64,000 nt of DNA from Octopus sinensis. Its lineage: Eukaryota. The position numbers were made by a program, and so were the translations under genes. Location: assembly GCF_006345805.1 (NCBI RefSeq), contig NC_042999.1:66340001-66404000 (forward strand). Direction: 5' to 3'. A model generated the notes under the pieces. It saw only the letters and a program-made list of their open reading frames with translations. It did no database searches and was not told the origin of the DNA. Shown piece after piece: positions 1 to 12,642 of this stretch (position 1 is its first letter; each line of letters starts with the position of its first letter).

Positions 1-431
1 TGTCCACTATATGTATACTTTTTATAAGGAATAAAGAGAAAATCTGTGTTTTGGGCTTTATGTCTTATAAGGATACCTTCCACATGTTCAAAAATTACAT
101 GTCAGTCCGCTTCATCTTTTTTTTTTTATTTGTTAAGATTATGTAGTACTGAGGTAACCCGTTCAGACGTTATAAAGAAATGAATAGAAGAGTGCCATAA
201 TTATCATGTGAAATTGGTTCAACGATATTTCGGCATCTAGCGGGCCTTCCACTGGTTCAAAAATTACATGTCGGTCTACTTCATTATTATTAATATTTTA
301 GTGGCGAGCTGGCAGAATCCATACTTGTTACAAAATGTCCAATGGACAAGCCTCACTATATTGTCGTGGCGTCTCTTATATTCCTTCTGGGCTAGTGGTG
401 AACATTGGTTGGCAATATGCCATACGGTTTC

Positions 432-457
432 AATTATTATTAATATCATTGTTGTTA

Positions 458-505
<48 letters not shown>

Positions 506-540
506 TATTATTATCATTATTATTATTATTGTTATTGTTA

Positions 541-599
<59 letters not shown>

Positions 600-600
600 T
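432..600. repeat. (ATT)n/(TAA)n microsatellite
   Basis: Long ATT run with occasional GTT; it is the tail/target of the adjacent minus-strand LINE 3' end. Confidence 0.95.
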
Positions 601-826
601 ATTGTCTTTGCACAGCTTCTAACGCTGGAGATGTACTACGGCCAAGCTGCTCACTACCAGTGAACTAAGATAACATCCTTTACTTTTCGAGCACCATCTG
701 GAACATTCGAGCTGTTCTAAGCAGTGCTGTCTTCTGCAAGTGTTCCACACTTATTGCAGACCCTATTTGTTCCATGTACTTCTCAAGATTTTTACTCATG
801 ATTTTTACTGAATATTTTTCTCACTG
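598..826 (-). mobile_element. R4/Dong-type non-LTR retrotransposon, 3' end (distal piece, split by mariner)
   Basis: Minus strand reads KNLEKYMEQIGSAISVEHLQKTALLRTARMFQMVLEK*, then a short 3'UTR ending aataaa-(TAA)n. This matches the typical C-terminus of RLE-type LINEs. Confidence 0.8.
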
Positions 827-828
827 TA

Positions 829-2118
829 CGAGGGGCGTTCAATAAGTAATGCCCCTGACCCACTTCCCATAGCAGTAGAGCAACGAAACTTTGCACAGTT
901 ATTAGTCTCTCTCTACATAGGAACCACCCAGAGTTACGCATTTCTCCCATCGTTTGATACAGCTCTGGAGACCGTTTTTTTAGAAGACCCAGCTTGGTCC
1001 TCCAACCTGAACGTGACTTCAGAAATCAAGGCTGCATCATCTGGGAAACGCTTTCCTTTCAAAAACAACTTCATGGTTGGGAAGAGGTGAATATCAGAGG
1101 GTGCAAGGTCAGGAGAGTAGGGGGAGGGGGAGGAGTTCATAGCCGCACGCCTGTGCTTCTGATCTAGCGACAAGCGAGTTGTGGACCGGAGCGTTGTCCT
1201 GCAGGAGGAGGATGTCTTTGCTGATCTTGCCCCGCCTCTTGATTGTGATAGTTTCTCTTAATTTCCTCAAACGTGAAGCATAATAGGCTCCTGTAATTGT
1301 GGTACCCTTTGCCAGGAAATCTGTTATCAATACTCCGTCCTGGTCCCAGAAGTCTGTGAGCATGACCTTGCCAGCGGAGGGCTGCACCCTTGCCTTCTTT
1401 GGAGGAGGTGAGTCACGGTGCTTCCACTGCATTGACTGGACTTTTGTCTCTGGATCATAGTTATGGACCCAGGTTTCATCCTGTGTGATCAGTCTTTTGA
1501 AAAATTTTGACTCATCTTCTTGGCACATCTCCAAATTCATCCTCGAGCACTCGATGCGTTCTTGCTTCTGGAAAGGTGTGAGCAACCTAGGAATCCGTCT
1601 GGCAGACACCTTTTGCATATGCATATGGTCATGAATGATAGTTTCCACAGACCCGGTACTAATCTTGACCTCGTGGGCTATTTGGCGAATAGTTATGCGT
1701 CGATCTTCCAAAATGGCAGCCTCAACTTGACGGACAAATGCCTCATCAATTGCAGGAGTGGGGCGACCAGATCTGGGAGCTGTTTCCACCGAGTTCCGAC
1801 CATGTTTGAATTCACGATGCCAGCGTTTTACATGGTCATATGATGGGGCATCATTACCATAAGTTACTTTCATTTCATCAAAAGTCTCTCGTGGTGTGCG
1901 TCCTTTCAAATACAAAAACCAGATCACTACTCGACACTCAACAGGCTCCATTTCACACTTGACTCAGTTCAAACACCTGTAAATCAGAAACCCCAATTAT
2001 TTCAGAGCTGTAATTTTCCACCTACTCTATAGAGATATGAATAATAGCACACGCAAAATTTCAGCTAGATCAAACAACTGCAAGTGGGTCAGGGGCATTA
2101 CTTATTGAACGCCCCTCA
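829..2118 (-). mobile_element. Full-length mariner (DD34D) transposon, irritans/Himar-like
   Basis: ~38-bp TIRs (cgaggggcgttcaataagtaatgcccctgacccactt / aagtgggtcaggggcattacttattgaacgcccctca), TA duplications at 827-828 and 2119-2120, length 1290 bp, internal transposase. Confidence 0.95.
934..1951 (-). pseudogene. Mariner transposase with one frameshift near 1125-1135
   Basis: ORF 1109-1951 has the HTH region, RSGRP, ITQDETW and QDNAPVH. It continues in another frame (934-1173) as PYSPDLAPSD. The frameshift lies in a C-rich run. Confidence 0.9.
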
Positions 2119-2120
2119 TA

Positions 2121-2318
2121 TCTAGGGCTCCGGTAATTATTGCTGCTACTACCACATTTTCATCGACCATAAACGCTTCAAATCCCAAGTTAACTATATC
2201 TATGATCCGGCATCGTTTGCTTTCTTTCTCAATTAACAGTGTCTAGTTTCCTATTCTCTATATCAATGTCGCACTGAATTATAAAATCCTTTAGGGTCTT
2301 TGCATCGTCATTTTCGAT
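2121..2318 (-). mobile_element. R4/Dong-type LINE, proximal piece of the element at 598-826
   Basis: Minus strand reads ...KDFIIQCDIDIENRKLDTV (degenerate RLE PD motif). Removing the mariner restores gga gcc cta gaT Aca gtg = GALDTV across the TA site. Confidence 0.75.
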
Positions 2319-2342
2319 TATTATTATCATAATCATTATTAA

Positions 2343-2344
<2 letters not shown>

Positions 2345-2387
<43 letters not shown>

Positions 2388-2440
2388 CACCATCATCATC
2401 ATCATCATCATCATCACCATCATCATCATCATTATTATTT
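2345..2440. repeat. (ATT)n(ATC)n microsatellite
   Basis: Directly visible; separates two LINE fragments. Confidence 0.9.
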
Positions 2441-2444
2441 TATG

Positions 2445-4174
2445 TTTAAATTTTACTTTGTATTTGTACAAGTTGGTTCGAAATCTCACCCAGAGACCTC
2501 AAGAGACAATAAGTTAGAAGTTCATGTTGGTGTTATGCCTAAGGTGTCTGACGCTGCACACTATACTGCTCTAGAGAATTCTAAGATAATCTGTTTTAAA
2601 ATTTGAGATCACCCCTTTTTGCTATCATTTTTAGAGCACCTATGACAAAAGGTATTGTTTTAATCTTCAGGTTCTACCTTTTGCCAATTTCTATTTCAAA
2701 TTCTTTATTCTTGTTCAGTTTTTGCTCGGTCTTGATAATACATTTATATCGATTGGGACAGTCATATCAATGAGGAGGCTTTTGTCTGAACTCTTTCAAT
2801 ATAATATTTGGCCTATTCACATCTATATTTCTGTCAGTCTCAATCGTGAAATATAGATCACTTCTATATTTTTTCTTGCATTCAGCTCTGTCTTGAGTAT
2901 TTCCCTTACCCTCCGATAACATTCTTTTCTGATCCTTGCCCTCATCACTGAATGCTTGATTCAAGTACCCTTAGGTATCTGTAGCTCTTCGCTGGTTCTA
3001 ACTACTTAATGGCATTCTGCTAGTCAAGATCAACGTTGGATGTTTCTGTCATTTTCCCTTAGATAAAGGAAGCTTTAGCACTTTATCGAGGCCAAACTGT
3101 ATCACTGAAGTGTTTGACAGTTGCTAGTAAGCCCTGTAGCTGCTAGTCATTTTTTGCAAGGAGCTTTAAAACATTCATGTAAGTGAGATGATTTATATTT
3201 TTATCAAACATTTTATAACCGTATTGTACATTACTGAACAATTTCGAGAGATGTATTAGGGTGAGACAAAAGAGGAGTGGTGATAGGGAGTTATTCTGGA
3301 AAATGACAAATGACATTCTTACAGCTCTAGCATTAAGAGATTCATTGTTACTGTTCAAAATCAATGGGGTTCTCCATGATCTCATAGTTATAGACAAGAC
3401 CTTTCGCAGAGTAGGTGGTATTTTATACATTTCCAGACATTTCTTAATTCAGCTATGTAGTAGACTATCAAAAGCTTTTTTACAGTCTATCCAGGCTATC
3501 GACAAGTTATTGTGTCGTTTGTGACAATCTTCCCAGATCATCTTAGTGACTAGTAGCTGAACTTTACAACCATAGGACCCACGTTTACATACTTTTGTAC
3601 TCACTAGGGAATATTCCACTTTCTATTAAGAAACTATAGGTATTTTCACTCAAGACAGATGCTAGCATTGTATACCTTGTTGATAAGCAGGTTATGGGTC
3701 TATAATTCTTTGGTTCATTTTTCTCTTCATTTTCTTGGAAGTAGGAATGTTACTCCATTAACTAGCCTAAAGGGAATCATACAAGATTGTTGCAAAACAT
3801 CGCTGTAAAGTTCTGATAGTAGTCCATGGCTCTTTGAGAAGGCATTCAACCAGAAGTTAGGAATGTTATGCTTTCCTGGAGACTTCCGTTTGCTTGACTT
3901 CCTGAGAGCAGATCTTACATCCTCTGCCTTGATACTCTCCCACTTTTGCTCTTCTACGGAGTCTAAGTCAGTAGATATTCTATCAATCCAAGGGGCCTAT
4001 TCATTGTGTATTTTTTCGTCTACCCAAATTTTATTCCAAACTTCCTGCAGTTATTTTGATGGGACAGACGTTACTGTAACTGGTATTTTAGCTATGTTCC
4101 TGTAATTTTTTTTTGTTTATTTATGAACATGCTGTTGTCCTTGAAGAATCTAATGCGCTTTTCATACCTTGTTG

Positions 4175-4176
<2 letters not shown>
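2445..4176 (-). mobile_element. Degenerate, internally deleted R4/Dong-type LINE (second family)
   Basis: Minus-strand remnants TRYEKRIRFFKDNSMF, VIFQNNSLSPLLFCLTL (RT 'GIFQGDSLSPLLF') and IETDRNIDVNRPNII (RLE). It has a distinct 3'UTR and TAA-type repeats at both ends. Confidence 0.75.
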
Positions 4177-4265
<89 letters not shown>

Positions 4266-4279
4266 GACTATTATTATTA

Positions 4280-4345
<66 letters not shown>
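4176..4345. repeat. (ATT)n microsatellite
   Basis: Directly visible. Confidence 0.95.
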
Positions 4346-4346
<1 letters not shown>

Positions 4347-5224
4347 AAGTGAGAGAGCAGTGCATGCCATCAAAGTGACACTGGAATAAATTATATCCGT
4401 ATACCCGTCGTGACTACCCGTCTGCTAAGGGTATATCAGGCACATGTAACCAACCATATTTGCTCACATAGTGACACTTGTTTACTGGTCATGCTTCAAG
4501 AACCCTGCAAAAACTTCTTCCAGTTCCAAGCAATGCTGATTTTTGTAGGTGCTCTACCTTCACAATTGCATCAGCTCTTTTTACCCATGTTGAGAGTTGA
4601 GCGTTGATACTTCCAAGAGCACCAATTACTATTGGTATCACGTATACTCTCTTCATTGACCTCAACCTTCGTATTTCTCACTTCAAATCGTCGTAGTTGT
4701 TTATTTTTCTTCTTCTTTCACATTGATCCTATTGTCACCGGGTCACGCTATGTCGATTATCATGCAGGTTCTTTCTTTTATATTCACCACTACAATGTCC
4801 GGTTTCCGATGACTGGTCAGGTGATCGTACTGAATCATTACACCCCACAGGGTTTCGCAATTCTCCTTCTTGGTGACTCCTTCCGGTGTTTTCTCATACC
4901 ACGTCTTTGCACTTCGTAGGCTGTGATTTCCAGAGCTCCCACTGGATCATTCTTGCCACATTGTCATAGTGTCTTTTGCATTCACGTTGTGCCAATTTCG
5001 GGCATTCGCTAACGATGTACCATACCGTTTCACCCCTCACCACACATTCTACATTTGTTGCTGTCGGCAGTGTTGCTTAATCTGCACTTAACATAGTTGA
5101 TCTTAACGCTTGTTCTTGAGCTGTGTACATGAGTGCTTCTGTCTCTATCTTCAGGTCACTCCTCCTCACCCACAGCCACCGGCGATCTGTATCTGTCTTC
5201 GCGTTCACATTTCTTGCAAACTGA
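4346..5224 (-). mobile_element. R4/Dong-type LINE 3' fragment (third family)
   Basis: Minus strand reads RVYVIPIVIGALGSINAQLSTWVKRADAIVKVEHLQKSALLGTGRSFCRVLEA. The 3'UTR ends ggcatgcactgctctctcacttta-(TAA)n, and the other end also meets (ATT)n. Confidence 0.75.
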
Positions 5225-5250
5225 TCATTATTATTATTATTATTATTATA

Positions 5251-5251
5251 T

Positions 5252-5324
<73 letters not shown>

Positions 5325-5357
5325 TGTAGTAGTAGCAGCAGCAGTAGCAGCAGCAGC

Positions 5358-5411
<54 letters not shown>
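5251..5411. repeat. (AGT)n/(AGC)n microsatellite
   Basis: Directly visible. Confidence 0.95.
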
Positions 5412-5412
<1 letters not shown>

Positions 5413-5413
5413 T

Positions 5414-5862
5414 TTGACTAATTTCTATCTGCCTGCAATGTTATATGGTAGTGAAACATGGGCTACCACAAAGAGAGAAGAGCAAAGACTGGTAACGGCT
5501 CAAAGAGCCATGGAAATATCAATGCTTGGTATCTCGTTGAGAGAACACATAAGTAGCAAGATCATCAGAAAGAAGTCCGGCGTGAGAGATGTCATCGCAG
5601 AGTATACACGCAGCAAGTATAGATGGGCTGGACACGTCGCCCGGCTCACCGATAATCGGTGGACGCACGCAGATGGCGAGTGGTACCCGCGTGAGCGGAA
5701 AAGACCACCCGGAAGACCCCCACGACGGTGGAGTTACGATTTCAAGAAGATGATTGGGATCACGTGGATGAGAAAGGCGCGATCCAGAGAGGAGTGGACA
5801 GCGTGCTGTGACCAGCGGTGTCAAATGGACGCCTGACGGACTGGTCGGTCAAGGTGATCAAT
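5414..5862 (+). mobile_element. RTE-clade LINE 3' fragment
   Basis: ORF 5414-5836 has LPAMLYGSETW, RWAGHVARLTDNRWT and KRPPGRPPRRW, the characteristic RTE post-RT C-terminus. 5'-truncated. Confidence 0.85.
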
Positions 5863-8544
5863 AATAAGGAAATATGGACCCTAAAGAAAGTCTTTATTGA
5901 AAAGTTATATAATGGGTTTTGAAAACAACTTTATGAAAATAGCTTTCACTGTGTGCTTTAGAAATTGGATTTAAATATTACAAGAAACGATTGTGAATCA
6001 ATTGTTTAATCGGAGCTAAATAGTATATTTAATTATTTTAATTATCCTCAGCAGATCACTAAATTACAAAAGAGGGTTGAGCGACGTTGTAGGATAAAGG
6101 AAAATATCGAGTAATCACTTTTATGGTTGTAATTCAGGGCTGAACCCATCTTGATAGATTGGACATTATCAACAACTGAATATTTTAATGAAAGTAGTCG
6201 TACTGTTTTATTATGAAATTACTAGTTTAAATCATTAGACTACGGCTCTACCCGGACACTACCATCACGGCTTTTGACCAATCATATTTATATCAATACT
6301 AATTTCTGGGATCTATATTTATTAAGTGGCGCAGTTTCATCGTTTTTACCTTGTTAGTCTTATTCAAGATTAAATTATTGTGTATGATGGCTCACAAAGC
6401 AATCGATAACTTGGTCAAGAACATCTATTGCGGCATCCGATTGACTAATATATCGTGAATGAAATTTATCTTATGCTAATGAATCTAATTGATGCAAATA
6501 GCATTATCAATCTGTCAGTAATAATAGTCTTGGGGCAACTCAAATTAGGCCCATAAATACAAAATAAACATTATTAAACCTCCTTTATTAGCTTAATCAA
6601 CAAAAGTCATCAATGCATCTGATGTTTTTGCAGCGTCTGTGAAACTGATGAAGGAAAAAAAATTAACCTAATACAAGCATTCGAATGATTGCAGAAGAGT
6701 AGACTTTGCCGCTAGAAGCACTTAGACGTTAAAATTGGAGACACATTACGTCTAACACTCAAAAACAGGAATGGATCCTTTAAAGGGGTTTCTACAGTTT
6801 CCTACATTGCAATAACAAGGCTGCAACAGGTCTTAGTTTATGGTAGAAGACAATTATTTAAGATACTGGAGAGCTTTTTACTACATGAATATACGCTGTT
6901 GTGATATGAACTTGTTAACCACATAAACAGCCAGATTTGTTTTTCAGATTTGTCCTTTATACTCTGTATCTGAACTGCAAAATTACGTTCTGGTGTGGTG
7001 GATACTCAAGTGATGTAGAATCATAATTTCAGAGTCGCTATCATTTTCTAAGCCCACAGATTGGCATACAATCAAGGACTCATCAGGGCATAACTAATGC
7101 CCGCTCCGTAGAAACACATTCTCACCGGATATCTTGGTCCCAAGCTTATTTCTTCCTCCACCAATCTCTCTTTTCACTATCGTTGATTATTTTTCTTCAG
7201 ATAAAGGGTAAATTTCCGAAATATCAAGACACTTACCCTATTGTCTCTTTTGTACCCTGACTTTCACAATGTATCTGCAACAATTCAGACTAAATACAAT
7301 CTTATACATAGTATATAATCTAGAGAGGATCGGTGCTCATCAGTGCAAGATACAAGAGGAGTCAATAGGCTTAACACGTTGATATTTGTATGCTGTTAAA
7401 CGCAGTTTATGCAATCTTCCATGCAGGTGAACTAAGTCATGAAAATGTGCGTGCTGAGACAGGAGAGAGGCCTCTCCCATTTGCACCATAACTGATAGTT
7501 CAACAATTCAGCAATATGAAATTAGATGGATGCTGAAAATTTACGCAAAGATGTTATAATTTTACTGAGCTTTCTGTGTGGGTGAGTTATTTGCACTAAA
7601 TTAACGCAATATCAATTTTAAGCTACGCAAATATGACGAACATGAATATCTGTTCATTTTGAATACTGTAATTTGTTTAGCTGAAGATTCGTAATATTTA
7701 ACTTTAGGCTCTGTCAAACAGTTTCACCTGCCGTATTAAGTGTCCATTGAAAATATGGGAATATATTTTGGGTTTAATTCAAATATATTACAATGTAGAT
7801 TATCTGGGACAAATTTTGCCAAATAACTGCCAAATTTTTCATTCAAATTCAATTACTTTCCATTGATTGTTAGAGATGCTCAATAGTAAATAACATTCTC
7901 AGCATCGAGAATAGAAAGTTTAAGATTTTCTATGAAGTCTCTCGCTACATTAAACAAAGTATAAAGAGTGCTAATCACTCTTTTTGCTTCAACTATTCAA
8001 AATCGAACATTGAAAAGTGACAAAGTGGACGATGATATCAATAAAATTCTCGTATGAAGATATTTCAAACTTTGTACTGAATACTTTATTCAATAAGTGC
8101 ACACTGAAGCAGAACTTTCGCTATCAGAATATACGGCAAGATAAATTCAAATATAAATGTACGGAATGGCAAATTGATATTATTCAAGAAAATACGTCAA
8201 CGTCTGCACGAAACACGTAACGACGACATTAATATTATCCGAGGAGAAGACGGAAGATACATATCAGTTTATTACTGTGGCGAAAATCCTGCTTTTATAT
8301 TGATACCCTGAGTCGGTCTATTTATTTCTGGCAGTGTCTATTTGGGCGGTGCTGCTAAGTAACATTTATCACGACTTCCATTTATCTGTCCAGTTCAGAC
8401 TGTTGCAACCAGAGTCACTACTGCTTGCTTTTGTTTTAGTTGTTCTTTTTTAGATAGTTATTATAACTGCATAATAAAAGGCATCTAGATGGAAAGAATC
8501 GTTTCCGCGTCAGACAAACTGTGTAACGGCATTTCTTCTTGTTT

Positions 8545-8650
8545 TACCTTTCGAGTTCGAATTCTGCAGAGATTGACTCTACCTTTCATCGTTTTAGAGG
8601 TCGAGAAAACAAGTACCAGTTAAGTACTGGGATCGACATAATCGACTGTG
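8545..8650 (+). mobile_element. Degenerate tRNA-derived SINE core
   Basis: gagttcgaattctgcagag...acaagtaccagttaagtactgggatcgacataatcgac matches the better-preserved copy at 24554. Confidence 0.6.
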
Positions 8651-9484
8651 TGTAAAGTAGAAAGAATTATTATAGCATAATCAAAGACGGAAGATAGCAA
8701 AATAGCTACTGCATCTTACGATTGCACATTTGTCATGTTCTCAGAAGATGCGAGTTCGAGTCCCTCAAACAGCTTTCGAATTTCAAAGCAGCGAGCTGGC
8801 AGACTCATTGCTACACCTAACAAAATGCTTAGGAACATTTCGTCTAGTTGTTTAATTTCTTCTTAAACCTATGTGCTCTTTGTCAAAAATCTATCTTCAA
8901 ACGGGTATCAGAATGTCGAGAAGAGAACTGATGTCGCTTCCACAGCATTAACACCACGAGACCTGAGCTGACCAATATAGGCCTAACATCTACAAGCAAT
9001 CGTATTATCTGATGAGACTAGTCCATCCTATTCACCCTCCACACTTTAAGTCATGTGCAGCTGAGTTTGCATCTACATCATCTATTGCTACCACTACATC
9101 ATTTTCTTCTTCCTTTGTGGCTCCGCATATTGACGGTCAGCATTTTTGGCTTTATTTGGGGACTCTCTTTTGGTTTTGCTTCAGTTTTACTCCTACTATC
9201 ATACCTTTTCTTCTTTTATCTGTATTCTTTAGCCCTACATTGGTTCTGTCCCACTTTTGGTTATGGCAGGACCATCAGAGCTGGTGTTTTCTCTCCTTGG
9301 CAGGCCTCTCGATTTTAACATGTGCAGAAGAAAATGAGATAACAAAGAAATTAACAATTATCTTATGAGCTTCATTAGCTTAGAGATGATCTTGCTATAA
9401 AATGTAGTGGATGCATAGTTGAGTGCCTTATAACTTCATCAGAACCGCGAATACACGTGCAACTCGTTTGGATATATATATGAT

Positions 9485-9663
9485 AGATCGCTAGCCACTA
9501 CACATTCTTTATTTTCTCTTCTTGTTTCTTTCTGTGTTCCTTTCTGTGGAAGAGTGTAGGCTCGAAACGTTAAAGAGTTTTTCAGTTCCCGTGCGTTATA
9601 CTAATACATCTGTTTGTGGTCTACACCACCTGTCTTCGTCTTTTGTTTTTTTTTCTGAATTTT

Positions 9664-9665
<2 letters not shown>
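9485..9665 (+). repeat. Interspersed repeat carrying a degenerate hammerhead-like motif (possibly Penelope-associated)
   Basis: ctgtgga-a-gagt-gtag-gctc-gaaa-cgtt at 9544-9571. The same family occurs in reverse at ~18090-18262 and partly at ~15945-15990. Confidence 0.5.
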
Positions 9666-9705
<40 letters not shown>

Positions 9706-9947
9706 TATATGAATGACTTGAAACAAGAGAATGATGGAAAGATACAGACAGATAATTTAAAGAAGATAAAAAATTGTGAAAATACAATTTGCATTGTGGA
9801 AGTTTGCACTGTAGTGAGGAGGTCTCAGAATATTGGTAGACATATGTCCATATGTTGGCTATGGTCGATATTTTAATTAATATAACTGTGAACGTTTGTG
9901 TATTTGTATATATGTTGCGTGCGTGTGTGTGTGTGTGTGTGTGTGTG

Positions 9948-10020
<73 letters not shown>

Positions 10021-10779
10021 TGTGCTTGAAAGAATAGTTATGATTCCATGATTCTCTAGATGTATGGTATTGAAAGAAATTACTAGAAAGATATTTTGAA
10101 TAAAAAGATATGTGGAAAACTTACATGCAGAAAAATTTTGTAACAAAATATTTTTAGGAGAAAAAAAGGAAAAGCTAAAACGTCATTTAAAACTTTTTGA
10201 AATAAATATAAAATCAAATTTGTTGAACAATAGTAGGACGAAATATTTTTTTAATTTTTATTCATTAAAATATTTTTACAAAAATCTATTTAAAATTCAG
10301 ATGTAAGGCATGATAAATTTGATGAAAGTAAAATCTAGATAAAGCTTAATTGCTGGAAGAATATCTTACATAAGAAAGCAAACAGAGAATTTTTGATATT
10401 AGGTATATTTGGCATATTCCTAAAAATAAAAGTACTTTAAACTACCGTACCAAAATTACCTAACATTGTCCTTTGAATTGTTATTACTTGCAACGCAATG
10501 TCGTACATAGACGCACGGTATATAACAGATACAAAAGATCGTGAAAATATATATTGGATCATCAACGGACTGCAAGAGACGCTACGTAGTCCATTGCAGT
10601 TCATTTTTAATATTAAATGCAAATCATATCCACTATAGCAAAATTATATCATTTCTTAGAATATTACCTAAACTGTTACCAAAACCGAACAACCTTTCCA
10701 CAATCCTTGTATGAAATGACCTATTGAAATATTACGTGAGGATATTGGGTTTTTTTCTATTTCACAGAGAATATGATGC

Positions 10780-11560
10780 GTTTCCTTTTTACTGTTATCT
10801 TTTCGTTAAATCTTTTATCTTTGAACCATAGATCTATCGCTTCCAAAAGTTTTAGATGTCCATTTACCTTTCCTAGCTTTTATCTTTCATTCTTCAAATA
10901 TATATGTGAAATCCTCCAAATGTCGCTCAATCTATGGCATGCCTTTTATCGTAACAGAAACTCAAGGTCCTTTGTATTATAGTTATATAACGATGCATTT
11001 TTAGGACCTCTTTCTAGTACTTATAGTATTATCTAATGTTGTCACTTCACTCATTGTATAAGTTAGTTATAATTTTGTCTTAAAACCTTTATATGTTCTA
11101 CTGATAAAGTACTGAAACCCCTAAGAATAAGGGCTGATATATCCATAGCAGCCGATAACTAGTCGGGTCCATCCTTCACATATTTTTTCTTCCGTAATTG
11201 TTTGATGTCTTGTCTCCACTCTACATTCTTTTAGTTTGTTTTGTGAAATGTCTAGACTTGTTCTTTTACTGCTTCTTATCTCAATGGAACTTTATCTCTT
11301 AGAAATGTGTCCTTTTTACTTTTCTTCTATATTTCTGACTCCGTTTTTCGCGTACTTTCTCTTTCTCACTTTTACAAGTATTATTTCGTGTTTTACATCT
11401 TAGCCTTCATGTTATCGATGTATTATCCGTCAATAGTTTACGCCCCTTCCTCGTTTACTTCTTTTTTTATTCACATGGCGCCTTCTTATATGGAGCATTT
11501 ACAAATACTAGAGTTTCCTTGGTATATTTTCTTCCCGATTATATGGTTCGGTAATTTGAC
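10780..11560 (-). mobile_element. Possible highly decayed Penelope-like (GIY-YIG) remnant
   Basis: Minus strand has only frameshifted traces (DKRHA..LS.IW-like). There is no intact ORF, and the recognition is weak. Confidence 0.3.
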
Positions 11561-11594
11561 GCAAATAAATTGAATTGACTCATCTACCATACTT

Positions 11595-11837
11595 CTTTAC
11601 TCTTTTACTTGTTTCAGTCATTTGACTGTGGCCATGCTGGAGAACCGCCTTTTGTCGAGCACATCGACCCCAGGTCTTACTCTTTGTAAGCCTAGTACTT
11701 ATTCTATCCGTTCCTTTTTGCCGAACCGCTAAGTTAAGGGGCCTAAACACACCAGCATCTGTTGTCAAGCGATGTTGGGGGAGGGGACAAACACAGACAC
11801 ACAAACATACACACATACACACACACAACACACACAC

Positions 11838-11916
<79 letters not shown>

Positions 11917-11927
11917 TATATAATATA

Positions 11928-11990
<63 letters not shown>

Positions 11991-12165
11991 CATATCCATA
12001 CATACAATGGGCTTCTTTCAGTTTCCGTCTACCAAATCCACTCACAAGGCTTTGGTAGCCCAAGTCTATAGTAGAAGACACTTGGCCAAGGTGCCACACA
12101 GTGGGACTGAACCCGGAACCATGTGGTTGGTAAGCAAGCTACTTACCACTCAGCCACTCCTGCGC
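11595..12165 (-). mobile_element. tRNA-derived CORE-like SINE with internal (TA)n/(TG)n
   Basis: Reverse complement has head gtggtaagtagcttgcttaccaaccacatggttccgggttcagtccc, then CORE-like ccttggccaagtgtc, a central microsatellite and a tail ...gactgaaacaagtaaaagag. Same family as 20755 and 56330. Confidence 0.85.
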
Positions 12166-12504
12166 GTATATTATTTTTTCTTTTCTTGCACATCAATGCA
12201 TCAGCTAATCACCGACATTTTGAAACATTTGTAAAATCCTATAAAGGACTAGCATTTTCCCCTGAAATAGATTCCTGTTTATGTAATATCTTTATAAATG
12301 ATTCGATGCTGTATATAACTCTTTGTCCAAGATTCATCTTTTTTTTTCTATTATTCGTCCAACCTATGCATCTCTCTTGCAAACTATTGTTCCGCTCTGT
12401 TACTTTTCACACGATTCTGCCGCTGGATTCTAGAAATCAGTGCGGCTCAACATTTTATCCGGTAGTAATTATCTCTTCTACGCTTTTATTGGGCTTCTCC
12501 TCGC

Positions 12505-12556
<52 letters not shown>

Positions 12557-12570
12557 TATATATTATATTA

Positions 12571-12642
<72 letters not shown>

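Noticed and set aside
72-290. ~45-bp imperfect direct repeat (ccttccac..ttcaaaaattacatgtc) about 170 bp apart
   Set aside because: Real, but short, diverged and at the window edge, with no context to interpret it.
268-663. Poly-I/L/Y, YI, CV, HT and similar ORFs here and throughout the track
   Set aside because: They are translations of (ATT)n, (TA)n, (TG)n, (CT)n and (AGT)n microsatellites.
7237-7274. Candidate 38-nt minus-strand micro-exon (ttgttgcag...gtaagt)
   Set aside because: The splice signals look good, but such pairs arise by chance in 64 kb. There is no partner exon or recognisable peptide; RNA-seq would be needed.
9012-9368. 118-aa hydrophobic ORF; purine-rich, K/R/E-rich reverse strand
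   Set aside because: No recognisable motif, the reverse frames are interrupted by stops and there are no convincing splice sites. It may be an old pseudogene fragment but cannot be supported.
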